Shown in pieces: positions 35,101 to 46,671 of a DNA stretch of 64,000 nucleotides. Numbering within the stretch: the stretch's first letter is position 1; the number at the start of each line of letters is the position of its first letter. The notes below the pieces were generated by a model, which was not told where the DNA came from, made no database searches, and was given only the letters and a program-made list of their open reading frames with translations. The DNA comes from Takakia lepidozioides. Its lineage: Eukaryota; Plantae; Bryophyta. The stretch is from positions 59,086,001 to 59,150,000 of the forward strand of contig CM060733.1 in assembly GCA_030704615.1 (NCBI GenBank). The letters are read 5' to 3'. A program made the position numbers and the translations under genes.

Positions 35101-37757
35101 CTCTCTGTGGCTCAACCGGTAGGGCGCCTTGGCAGGCGGTTTCGATCCCGGTATCACCTCAATCTTGTGGTCAACTCCTCTTCGCGGTGGCAAGCCGCTT
35201 GGTAAATCCTCCGGCATCACATCCTGGTATTTCTCCAAAATCCCCTTGATCCAATCTGAGCTCGGCTCCCCATCGCCTTCTCCCTTCACTTCTCTAATAT
35301 AGAGCAAAAATTGGGGCTCGTGTGCCTCCTCCACGGCCCACTCCCTTGCTGACAGGAGGTTTATTCGCCCTCCCACGGGTTTGGGCGTTTCTGACACTCG
35401 TAAGACCTCGCCACCATTCCCACATGGCAGCGTGAATACTCTCTTGCGGCCATCTATGACCGCTCCGGATTTGCTCAAAAATGTCATCCCCAAAATGAGA
35501 TCCACTCCATCGATCTCGCAGATGGTGAAGTTCTCACGTCCCTCCCAACTCCCCAGTTGAAGAGGCACATCAAACGCCAACCTTGTCGCCAATTGCGGTT
35601 CTCCTTTGGCAGAACGCACCTCAATAGAGGCCCCCACGTCACTTGTCGGGAGTCCCAGCTTTTGTGCCGTTGCCGGTGTCATGAAGAAGTGCGACGCTCA
35701 TGTGTCCACCAACAACGACACGTTAGTTCCGGATATTATCCCATCCACGAACAATAACTGACTCCCTTTACGTAAGGCGTCAGTTTCCTGATACAACTCA
35801 CAAGAAAATTTGCCTACCTTGCAAGTCCTGGCGACCACCGCTTCCACCAAGCAACTGATGGTATCTTCCGACAGCTTTGTGGTCGCCCGAGTCATGTTCA
35901 ATTGTCGAGGCTTCGTGCACTTCTTGGCGATGTGCCCGGGCTCCCCGCAATTGAAACACACTCCATCAAAGGTCGCCTTATGTCCGCCATAAGCTGCTCC
36001 ACCCGCTTTTCTTTTCGAAGCACCGGGTGTCGCCTTGACTTATGAAGGCCCTCCCTTCGATTTCCACGTGCCATTGTCGCCGCGTGGCCTATCCCACTTC
36101 TTTTCCGGTCAGAAGGAGTCACCTTCCCATCGGGTCTTCTTGTGGTTCAGCTCCGTACGGCCTTGTCTTTCACCCTTAGGGACATCCGAGAAACATTCAG
36201 CCCTCTCAATTGCCTCGTTCAAAGTCTTAGGTGGCTTCTCCTCCAACTTCCGCCTGGCCCATGGGGCCATTCCCACAACAAAGTTGAAGACCATTTATGG
36301 TTCTGCCGTGTCCGCGACTTCGAGCAACAGCACATTGAAAGCCTAGACATATCCCCGAATGTCATCTGTTTGCTTCAAATTCATCATCTTGTCCCAGGCG
36401 AACCAGGACGCGTTGAGGGGCACAAACTGCCTCTTCATCAATTCCTTGAACCCACTCCAGTTCAAGGTTTCCGGGCTTGGACCTCGGTTGTGAAGGCGTT
36501 TCTGCCACCATTGTTGAGCATAGCCCATCAAATAGGTGGGAGCCTATTCCACCCGATCCTCGTCACTCAACTTGGCCGCCCGGAAGTACTGCTCCAGCTC
36601 CAAGAGCTAGGTGTTGAGTGCCTTCCGATTTCGGACGCCCTCGAAGGTGTCGGGTTCCTTCGGCTTCACCTTAAACTTTGCCTTAGTGGAAGTGGCATTA
36701 GCCGCCTTCAACACGTCTTTCAACGTCCCGCCAAATTGCGCCAACAACCCTTCCCAAAAGGCTGCTAGCATGGGAGGCATCTGTTGGTCGGTCGGAGCTC
36801 TCAGGGATTCCTCAGGCTCCGACTCCTCAGATTCCTCCCGCTCTTGAGCGGCCTCGTTTTCAGAAACATGCATCGCTTCCTCAAATGGCCGTCTCGGTGA
36901 CACGTCGCCCCCATCGGGCTCACCAGGATCATCATCTTTTGGGCCGTTCCGCTTTCGCTTTGGCTTGCCCGACCCCATGATGAGGCCAATCCCAAGGACG
37001 ATCGCGTACTGAACTCTAAGCTCTGATACCAAGTGTCGCGCACTTCACTTCGGTAAGCTCCCCCCTCAAGTCATAGTTACTCGCTTGATGCGCGCGCCTA
37101 ACTCCCAACCTGGCCGCCGGGCCAACTTGGAGCTTTGGCTGCTCACCGGGACATAACGGTCCCCCCTTGATCTCCCAAAGAACCCTCCAATGGTTTGGAA
37201 CCAGCGGAATTCCCTTTGGTAGTTGGCAGTCCGGAACAGCTCCCCACTCTTTGGTCGCTTTCCGGCTCGTTCGCTTACTCACTAGCTTTTGGTCACCAAT
37301 GGGCTTGCACCATTCTCGGGGTTACTACTCCCTATATATACTTCTGTAGCTGTCCGCGGGGGTTTCACAAACAACCATGCCATTTTATGGCGAACCACCA
37401 CGAACACCCTCGACTCCCGGTGATGAGTCGCGGTGAGTCTTGGCCCACCCACCACGGCCCCTATGGACCGTGATGAGTCCCAAGACTCCCCACGACTCCC
37501 ACCACGAGGTCTCCGCCCCAGGGTGAGTCCTATGCCACCCCCACTAAGTCCTGCTAAGCTACCACCACCCCTTGTGGAGCCACCCCCACCGCAACCCGGT
37601 GTGCGGGGCTCCACCTAGTGAGCGCCTCCGCCTCCTTGAGTGCCTTGGGCACTCAAGGGTGCTTCAGCCCCCCATACCTATCGCTGCCACTGCCCCCACC
37701 ACAGGGGCAGCCCCTCTTGTGTCCCGACCCCCTGCCCTCAAGGCAAAGGGCCGCGAC
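31512..37757 (-). mobile_element. Ty3/gypsy chromovirus LTR retrotransposon: 5' LTR 37034-37757, PBS, gag-PR-RT-RH-INT-chromodomain (disrupted), long 3'UTR, PPT-like tract; 3' LTR missing
   Basis: PBS TGGTATCAGAGC (tRNA-iMet) at 37020-37031; RT YIDD; RNase H TDAS; integrase H-H-C-C and SMDF/SDRD/QTER motifs, GPF motif; chromodomain EYEVEAVLKSRR..EYLVKWKGY..ASW, stop at 32416; GGTAGGGGTGTG at ~31511-31522. Confidence 0.95.
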
Positions 37758-38440
37758 AACCAATGTCAACAATCATATTTATGGTAAGGTGTTTCATGAT
37801 ATTGTCGTTCCTCTAGCTGAATTATGTAGTACTCTTTTTGCTATTTCCATGCCAACAACATCAGGTCCTCTGAAACTGTCATGTTCAAGCGAACGTATCA
37901 GCCATCTCGGCCAGGCCAGCTTGTAGGCTGCAGCCACGGCCCACCATAAATTGAATGAATTGGAGATTTTGTGCGAAGTTCCTAGTTTCATGTCCGTGGT
38001 GACTGATACGGAATTCGGAATATGGCAGTCCCAGTGGACCCGATGTTGTCGGCATGGGAGTAGCAAAACGATTCCACAAGAAGTCAGCTACATGAACATC
38101 GGCAGTATGAAACACTTTGCAATACACATGATTCTTGAGATTATTTGCACAGATTATTTGTGTTTGTGCCTTCAAGTGACGAACATTTTCGCCATGGTGC
38201 GGAAGAGGTGCATTGGCCACATTAAACGGTTGATGTGATACCATTTCACAAATGTATCATATCGCATCTGTGAAAATGTATCACATGAACCGTTCCATGT
38301 GGCCTACATGAGTCTTTGATGGGTACAAGATCAATGCGGTCTACCAAATCAGCTTCCACCAACAAACATGTGATCATTTCATAAGCGCTTGAACCGACGA
38401 CTGACAAGGTTCTTCATCCAGATGTTCAATATGCTGAGGT

Positions 38441-38735
38441 CTTCTGTAATGTCTTTTGCTTCGTAATGAGGTGCTTCTCCAATTCTTATTTTTTCAATGT
38501 TGATATTCTCCATCTGGAACATATCCATATATGCGTATATAAATACTTAAAAAAACCAAATGACCATCAAAACTGAAAGCTGCGGATGAGGCTTATAAAA
38601 GTGGAGATGGTCATTTGCTTATTTAAGGATTTCTGCACACATGTGTGGATCTAATCCAGGTAGAAAACATCAATATATTGGATAAAGTGGACATGGAGAA
38701 GCATCGCATTACGAAGCAGGAGACACTACAAAAAG
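38441..38735. repeat. Imperfect ~290-bp foldback (MITE-like)
   Basis: TGTAATGTCTTTTGCTTCGTAATGAGGTGCTTCTCCA pairs with TGGAGAAGCATCGCATTACGAAGCAGGAGACACTACA; inner CAAATGACCATC pairs with GATGGTCATTTG. Confidence 0.8.
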
Positions 38736-38784
38736 AGCTTCAAAAGGCATATATCATGGAACAGGTCCCAGTATAATTGAAGAC

Positions 38785-40160
38785 GAAACCCCATTCATTC
38801 AATGAGCATTGAATGGTTGCCCATCCAAATGATTTTCGTTTACTTTCAATCTTTGTCACTATGTTCAACATACCATGTATTAGGTCCCGAACAAATATGA
38901 GATCAATCGAAATTCATTCGATGGCTCAACGGATCGTTGGCCATTGAAATGATTTTGGTTCGCTTTGAGACTTAGCCACTATGTTCAATGTGTCATGTAA
39001 GAGGCCCCAAAGTAATATGAGATCAATCGAAATTCGTTCAATGGGCCAACGAATGGTTGCCCATCCAAATGATTTTCGTTCGAATTGAGACTTGGCCAGT
39101 GTGTTCAATGTACCCTCTGATACGTCCCAGTGTAATATGAGATCAATCGAAATTCGTTCGATGGGCCAATGAGGCGTTCACTTGTCAACTAGTTTTTGTT
39201 CAATGCGAAAAAAAAATCCTGCAATGCGTGCACGACTATTGCACCCATTGAACGGATGTGGTTGAAGCCCCTCTTTTGCCCCCATGTGCTTGAATATGTG
39301 TGCGGAGACACATTAGATGAATAAATCATTTGCCTCCCCATCGACGCACTCACCCCTCAAGCCATTCCAGAATTTAATTGAATTTAAATTCATTTTAAGC
39401 CAATAAATAGGTTTGCACTGCCTTTCATTGGGAGTTTCTAGCACGTATCGATTTTGTTTTTGGCTCAATTTTGTTCTGCGGCTTCAAGCATCCCACTGCT
39501 ACTCCCCCGCAAAAATTTGGACCAATCAGAAATGCCCCAAAAAAAAAAATGTTTTCTTCGCTCATATTGCAGAACTCTCTATAAAAAGTGCACAAAGTAG
39601 AACACAAATTAAGTTTGGAGTGCAAAACAGGGAAGAAACTGTGGTTCTGGGTCCAAATGAATTATGTTCGCTTCCAAATTTGGCACGCACGTTGCATATG
39701 GAGTCATTACACGTCCCATTCAAAAACGGAATGAAACAAAAATCGTCAGCACGCGAAACATAGTCCAACAGGTCCTAAAGTAATAGCAGATCCAACGGAA
39801 TACATTCACCAGGTGAACGGATGGTTGCCCATCCAAATCATTTTTGTTTGCTTCCAAACTTTGTTAGTACGTTTGAGACACCCTCTCACAAGTCCCGGAC
39901 TAATATGAGATCAATCGAAATTCATTCGATGGCTCAACGGATGGTTGGCCTTCGAAATGATTTTGGTTTGCTTTGAGACTTGGCCACTGTGTTCAATGTG
40001 TTATGTAAGAGGCCCCAGAGTAATATGAGATCAATCGAAATTCATTCAATGGGCCAACGGATGGTTGCCCATCCAAATGATTTTCGTTTGCTTTGAGACT
40101 TGGCCAGTGTGTTCAATGTACCCTCTGATACCAATATAATATGAGATCACTCGAAATTAT
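38785..40160 (+). repeat. Two arrays of a 120-bp tandem repeat (about 3 units each: 38785-39170 and 39800-40160)
   Basis: AATATGAGATCAATCGAAATT recurs at 38894, 39014, 39134, 39902, 40022 and (variant) 40138. Confidence 0.9.
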
Positions 40161-40575
40161 TTTGTGCTTTGAGAACTTTGTGGGTATGTTCGTGGAAAGA
40201 TCATAGATTTTGTGAAATGATTATGAAATACGAGGGACCAGGCGAAATTTGTTTGGAAGACGACCATTCGTAACTCGTTATAACTTATTAGTTAACATCA
40301 ATTTTCCTTGTTCTCCAGCTTTCGGAGTTCATTGCAAATATCCACATACACGTCATGACCAAATATGACACCATTGTAAATCTGTTTACAGGGTGAACCA
40401 CTTCTTCCCTATCACGCAAGTGTAAATGTGAAAAAAACGCTGCTCATGTAATTGAAATTGGCAAGTGCCGCACATGTGCATTGTGTATTAACAAAATTGG
40501 TGATATACAAAATTGGCGGAATGCTATCATTGTGTTTTCCAACAATATTCAAGGTACAACAAAAATGCACATTGT

Positions 40576-41429
40576 CTATGTACTACGCTGCCAATCATTA
40601 AAAGCCTCTTCGTCACTGTTCGAGGACAATGAATCTGATGCTGTGGCCTGATTTGCACTGCCAATTGCCAGAGCTTGCGACCGTGATCTCGTGGTCATGT
40701 GATCAATATTGGCCTGCATCCGCCTACTTCGTGGCGAAAATTGACTTTCTTCTTCACTCTCACGACGTGGCGGAGGTGGATCGAGAATAAGTGCTCGGGC
40801 TGCATGCAAATCGGCAACGAGGCCGTCCACATCCAGTAATAGAACCCCCGAAACACGAGGATAACGGTCTGTCCATAGTCGCCCCCATTGCTCTACAACT
40901 GCCTTTATGGTACTTTTGAAACTTTCCAACTGCCTCTTACGGGCCCTGTCCCTAATCACTATGTCGTTTCGACGATAAGCCACCTCGTACGTCTCATTCA
41001 TTTGGCGTTGACATATTATAGCATCTTCTAGTTCGGACAATAACAAATGTCTCACAATCGGTTGTCGATCATACAATTCGTTCCTCCGGCACCCATGGAA
41101 CCTGTGGGAGCCGGATAAACCTGGACCTTCTCTGACTCCAATGTCCTCCCATATTGCGGCAAAACTGCTCTCTCTCCCACCAATCGGGAATGCCTCCCGC
41201 ACGTATGGTTATCTCCCAGTCAGATATAACCAAAAAATACTGGGGATTTTTTATATATGTCGGGTTTCCGGCATGTATGCCATGCATCTCTCTGTCTACA
41301 TCCCATACCAAGTTTTTGTCCCAATGCACACAATTCATAAATGTGAATGGTAGCCCATCCAATGGGAGGTTGTGTCGATTGTATTCAAAACATGTGGGCA
41401 TCTAATCCTCCAAGCCCACCAGCTCATAG
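40576..41429 (-). pseudogene. Unidentified protein-coding remnant (overlapping ORFs 41069-41401 and 40576-41202), cut at its 5' side by an LTR
   Basis: Two long overlapping protein-like frames in AT-rich context; no recognisable domain. Confidence 0.35.
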
Positions 41430-42520
41430 TGTAACACCCAAGATCTACACAAACTAGAATAGAAGTACTTTTCAACTTTTTCCCAAAACAACTCGATGCC
41501 TTCTAGGCTTTCATTGCAGGTTTATATACCCTTCACAATATGATTATTTTAAAGGTTTGACTTGAGAGCCTCAAGTCAAAGCTTCCTAAAGTCAACATTC
41601 ATAGGTTTGACATATTCTCCACAATATGACTTTATCAAAGATACTTGCTAAAGTCAACCTTCATAGGTTTGACATATTCTCTACAATATGACTTTATCAA
41701 AGATTTGACCTACTATTCATAATATGAATATCTTAGAGGTTTGACTTGAGAGCCTCAGATCAAACTTCCTTAAGTCAAACTTCTTAGGATCCTTCCTAGT
41801 TATTCTGGAAACTTCTAGGGAACTTTCTTCTGCCATCTAGAACCTTCTAGATTCTACCTTGTTACAATCCTCCCCTCTTTCAAGAAACAACGTCCTCGTT
41901 GTTCGAATTTTCAAAAGCTTGAATTGCCAATTGAGCATTTGCGAGATTTTGCACCGGTTTACAGGTAGCTTCATATAATAAAAATCCTTTCCATAAAACC
42001 AATACTCCAACACCTCATGTCGCCCTCGTTTGTATGTGCGTTTTTTCATAATACGGTCGACCTCCCACTCTTCATTTCCGTCTATCAACTCTGGTAAAAG
42101 TTTTGGTTCTTGATTATCTTTGAATATTGATGGTCGAGGTTCGTAACGACGTAGTAGGGAAACGTGAAACACCGGGTGGATCTTCATATGTGGTGGTAAC
42201 TCCAGCTTGTATGCTACTGCTCCAATGCGTTTAATGATCGAAAAAGGACCAATGAACTGTGCCCCTAGTTTTCGCGATCCAATGATGTGTAAATTGGTTG
42301 TAGACAACCACACTTGATCCCCAACTGCATACTTCTCATTCCGTCGACGTGCATTTGCATACTGCTTTTGGCGATTTTGGGCAACCATCAGCTACTCTTT
42401 AGCTTGACGTACTACCCGTCGACTTTGTTGCACAAATGCATTAGTCGCGGCTACCTTGGATAACTTCTCTTTTGGTAAATTGAACTTCGTAAGAGTTGTT
42501 GGCACATTTGGGTGTTCACC
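41430..42520 (-). mobile_element. 3' portion of a second Ty3/gypsy chromovirus family: integrase C-terminus/chromodomain, PPT, 3' LTR 41430-41866
   Basis: QKQYANARRR..VGDQVWL..FIGPF..AYKLELP..IHPVFHVSLL..EEWEVDRI; PPT AAAGAGGGGAGGAT directly before TGTAAC...GTTACA (437-bp LTR). Confidence 0.9.
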
Positions 42521-42560
42521 ATACATAAAAAAGAAAAGAGTTTATTTCGTTGACGCGTTG

Positions 42561-43129
42561 ACCGGGTTGCGGTGGGGGTGGTTCCACGAGAGGTGGTGGT
42601 AGCTTAGTGGGACTTAGTGGGGGTGGCATAGGACTCACCATGGGGGCGGAGACCTTGTGGTGGGAGTCGTGGGGAGTCTTGGGATTCATCACGGTCCAAT
42701 GGGACCGTGGTGAGTGGGCCAAGACTCACCGCGACTCATCACCGGGAATCGAGGGTTTTCGTGGTGGTTCGCCATAAAATGACATGGTTGTTTGTGAAAC
42801 CCCCGCGGACAGTCACAGAAGTATATATAGGGAGTAGTAACCCCGAGAACGGTGCAAGCCCGTTGGTGACCAAAAACTAGTGAGTAAGTGTGCGAGCCGG
42901 AAAGCGACCAAGGTGTGGGGAGCTATTCCGGACTGCCATCGACCAAAGGGAATTTCCACTAGGCCCAAATTGGGAGAGGGTCTTGTGGAGGAGTAAAGGG
43001 GGACTGTTATGTCCCAGCGAGCAGCCGAAGCTCCGAGTTGGCCCGGCGGCCAGTGAGGGAGTTAGGCGCGCGCATCAGAGCGAGTAACTATGACTTGAAG
43101 GGGAGCTTACTGAAGTGAGGTGCGTGACA
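42561..43129 (+). mobile_element. 5'-truncated, more diverged third LTR of the chromovirus family
   Basis: Aligns to 29013-29579; ends GAAGTGAGGTGCGTGACA; no PBS follows. Confidence 0.9.
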
Positions 43130-44430
43130 CGTCAGCTTTCCTCAACAATTGGGCGTTGGTTGCGCCAGCCCTCGCTTCACGATTTCTCTGTGACCATCGT
43201 CCCATCCTTATGGATGCCATTGCACATGTCGACAGTGGTATTTTACCCTTCCAACAGCATCTCCGCTCTGCACAAGATCTTCTTCTGGCACCGACACGAG
43301 CATGTCTACCACCATTTGAGTAGTTGGTTGTTCAAGGCCTCGACCATCTTCAGGAGTCCATTTCCGAGCGCGTGCACCGTCATTCCTTTCCGACATGCTC
43401 TCAAGTGTTTCTTCTGAGTTGCATTGAGCCCGACTTCTATCATGCGCAGGACCCGGAGCAGGGGCATGGTTGGCAGCACGACCCACTATCGCACATTTTC
43501 GCCTCTCATCCCCTATTTTCACTATTGCGCTCCGCCTTTGACTCGGTTTGCCTCATCCTTCGGCATTGGGCCTTCAGCGTTGCGTCTGTCTTCAGCCCAT
43601 CGATGACCTTGCCATCCATCTCCTCCGCTGTCCATGTGGTGGTGAGCGCATTGCGTCTCATGATATGGTTCGCGATGTGGTGTCATTTATTGCTCGGGAG
43701 GCAATGTATCATGTACTGCGTGAGCAACCACATCTAGGACCCACGCTCACGTCCCACTCTACACGCAGCCGTGTTGACATCGTCCTATCTAGAGATGGTT
43801 TGCGTACCCTAGCGGATGTCATTCTCGCCGACCCCACTCGAGCGGATCTGCTATCTCGCACAGCTACCACACCAGGCATGGCAGCCACTGTAGCAGCTCA
43901 GATCAAGGAGCGCGACTTTAGCGATCGTTACCCCACCGATAGATTTCTTCCGCTGGCGGTCGAGATATTTGGCTCATTGCACCGGCACTTTGACGATTTA
44001 CTGCGGACATGTGCACATCATGCAGCCAAGAGCGGATCCACCTGCATCCCAAATGCCTCCATCCTTGTCGCCTACTATCGACAACGTGTTTCAGTTGCTT
44101 TGCAGAGAGCACAAGCCATAGCATCGGGCTGATGTGGCTAGCTCCGCGTCATCTCATCTTCCGCCTATGCCTGACACTTTGCCTATCTCCTTGCCTGATC
44201 TTTTCCAGGCTGTTGGCTGGGAGGGTTGCTTTGCTTGGATAGCTTACTATGGCTTCTATTTTCGTCGCTGGTTGAGTAGCTTAATATAGCTTTTGTTTTC
44301 TTCTCTAGCTGAGTAGCTTAGTATAACTTTTTGTTTTCTTCTCTTGTTTCTTGTTCCTCCCCCCCCCCCCTTTTTTTGGGAACTTCTCATCCTATGTACG
44401 TTCACCCATTGTACATGTTGTAAATAAAGT
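43130..44430 (+). mobile_element. CRE-type non-LTR retrotransposon 3' fragment with restriction-like endonuclease
   Basis: CVC..IDDLAIHLLRC..GGERIASHDMVRD..LREQ..RVDIVL..LADV..KERDF..FLPLAVEIFGSL..YYRQRVSVALQRAQA; T-rich 3' UTR. Confidence 0.8.
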
Positions 44431-44449
44431 CTTACAGGGTTTCATCATT

Positions 44450-45045
44450 TGCACACACAACTGCAAATGGATCACAATGACAAAGCTGTTCAATGCTCCA
44501 ATTATCTAAGGCCAGTTTTTTCTGTGAATGAGTGCAAATACAACGGGAACAGTTTTGAGAACATTTGAGACGGCCACAACACGAGCATTAGTCCACGGAG
44601 ATGCGAACAAGTCAGGCAATTGTCACCTCTTGAAGATTACTGATCAACGGGCAAGTCCATACTGATGGACTGATTAGGATGTTCTTTCAGAACTCACTTG
44701 ATTCGGAATAAATGCAGATGTCAAAATGGCTCTGATACGTGTCACAAGATTGTGGTTACTGGTTACCTTAATTGTCCAGATGCATGGAAGTCATATAAGT
44801 AGATGCAAACAAGAAGAAAATGAGAAGTTCACGTGGAAACAAGGTCGAGAATATGATGGAAGATAATTGCCAAAGAGATGAGCAATTGTCAGCACTTCTA
44901 TCCTGCCTGCCAGCCTGCTTCCACCGTGCTCAAGTGCTCAAGAGAAATATCAGAGAGGAAATCAACAAAGATTGCAAAACACCAGACCAGCCATATTTTT
45001 GCTGTTAGTTTCTAGAAATATTAATCATTCATCAATCATCTAGCT
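44450..45045 (+). repeat. Internally deleted relative of the 57070-60060 unit (segments A and B)
   Basis: 44450-44716 matches the reverse complement of 59722-60060; 44770-45040 matches the reverse complement of ~57100-57490. Confidence 0.85.
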
Positions 45046-46671
45046 CGCATTCCATTGTACAAATCGATCAGGATTGAATTGGATAGTATCGGTGGCACCT
45101 GCCAGGAGAGGTTAAATACTCAAGAGAAAAGATTGTATGCCCTTGATCACTCAAACTCTGGCCAGACAATGGCAACAAATGTAGGTAGTAAGAACTTAGA
45201 TGACCTAATTGCATAACATACCACCCGAGAGCTCCCGTGTTGAACGTTTCTGGTCTGCGATTTTCCTTCAAACTAATAGCATGCAGTCTTACAAACGACG
45301 AAGCAGGAAACCCAACTTAAAATATCCTCATTTACAGTCCTTGGATTAAACGGTGATCACAACCCAAGTGTGTCTTACTGCATATTACCTTCGGAATGTA
45401 AGAAAGCGATTGATCACTACATCCCGTTTCCCTCTCTCCAAGGCATTCGGGTCACATACCTGCATACTAAACTTCTCCGTCAGTTGCCTGATTGAACGCA
45501 GCTTTTGGATCAAGACGAGGGGTGAGAAACTTGAAACCCATTGGGTTTATCAAGTGGCTTTTAGAGAGATGGGGCCAGCAGCAGAGAAGGCTTGCACCTC
45601 TGCAGCCATCGCCACAGCTTGCAAGAGCTCGCGCCCCTTACTACTTAGACTCATCAGCAAGGAAAAAGTCCTTCTGTTTTGTGTTGCTGAGGAATACCAC
45701 AGTGGCCAATGATGCCAAGGATGCAGGAGGAGCAGAAATGTGCATTGGCCATGGAGTGAATTGCTTGAGACTCCACCAATTAGGGGCATAAAAGTTCATT
45801 GTTGACTTGGAGCAGCGTTTTTTTTATGCGCGGAATTTCGCCACTTTTCGATCCAGAAATTGGCCTCGTGAAATTTACAAAGGAATTATGGGTTAAAATA
45901 TGGCACTGTTTCGCATTATTGCCCTCCCTAATGCCATCATGTCCCTGCAATGAGGACGCCACCTGTACAACTAGGAAAGAGTCACATGCCATTTGGGTTG
46001 ATAGATCCATGCCTATCGATTTGTAGAAACCCTACCACCCAACCCTACCAACGCAAGGAGCAAAGCCTTGGGTTCAAACTCTTCCCGCTTTCGCCAAGGG
46101 GTTGAGCTATGGAGGGAACTCTCATTTAGGTTTCGCTTACCCGCCTAGTATCCGTGTCATGCACCTCCATTTATGCAGACTTGCATTGTCTCTTGCACTA
46201 GCACATGAGGCTTCGAGCAGAATTGCTGATCTTGCACAAGATTAGTCATATTTGTCAATGGATTGTATCCATGTGATAGAGTTGTGCTAGGCTTTGCAAG
46301 ATGCAGTGTCGTTGTTACTTAGAAAAAATTACCTCCCTTGTCGCTCCCACAAACCAAACACTACATGAGTTGAGTTCGCATAAAACTCATCAAACATTCT
46401 TGACAGTAGCCTCCGGTTCGAGATCACGTGCCACAGAGTCGCCAATTGATCTTCCTCATAGGCCAGCCAGGAGCCAACGTGGCTCAAGTTCTTAAATGAG
46501 AAAAAAACGCTGACTTGGAGGTTATGATGATCAACAACCCATCTTGATCCTCGGAAATAAGAATAACTGTGTCAACACTATATACATTCCAGTTAATGGA
46601 AAATTACACATTCAAATGGCGTATACACTAACTGCACCTAACTTATCTCCTTGGCTCCAAGACACTAGAGA

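Noticed and set aside
37415-37500. Hammerhead ribozyme / retrozyme suggested by TGATGAGTC motifs in the LTR
   Set aside because: Motifs read GTGATGAG rather than CTGATGA, are antisense to the transcript, and no correctly placed GAAAC or helices were found
28855-37757. One element with inverted LTRs (DIRS-like)
   Set aside because: The left LTR has its own CTCGG TSD and interrupts a LINE frame, so it is an independent solo LTR; the body encodes a DDE integrase, not a tyrosine recombinase
38785-40160. CRISPR array
   Set aside because: Whole 120-bp units are repeated with no unique spacers; eukaryotic context and no cas genes
45700-45755. miR169-like sequence (GCCAAGGATG) inside a TGGCCAATG/CATTGGCCA hairpin
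   Set aside because: Only 10 nt match, and they lie mostly in the loop without a star strand
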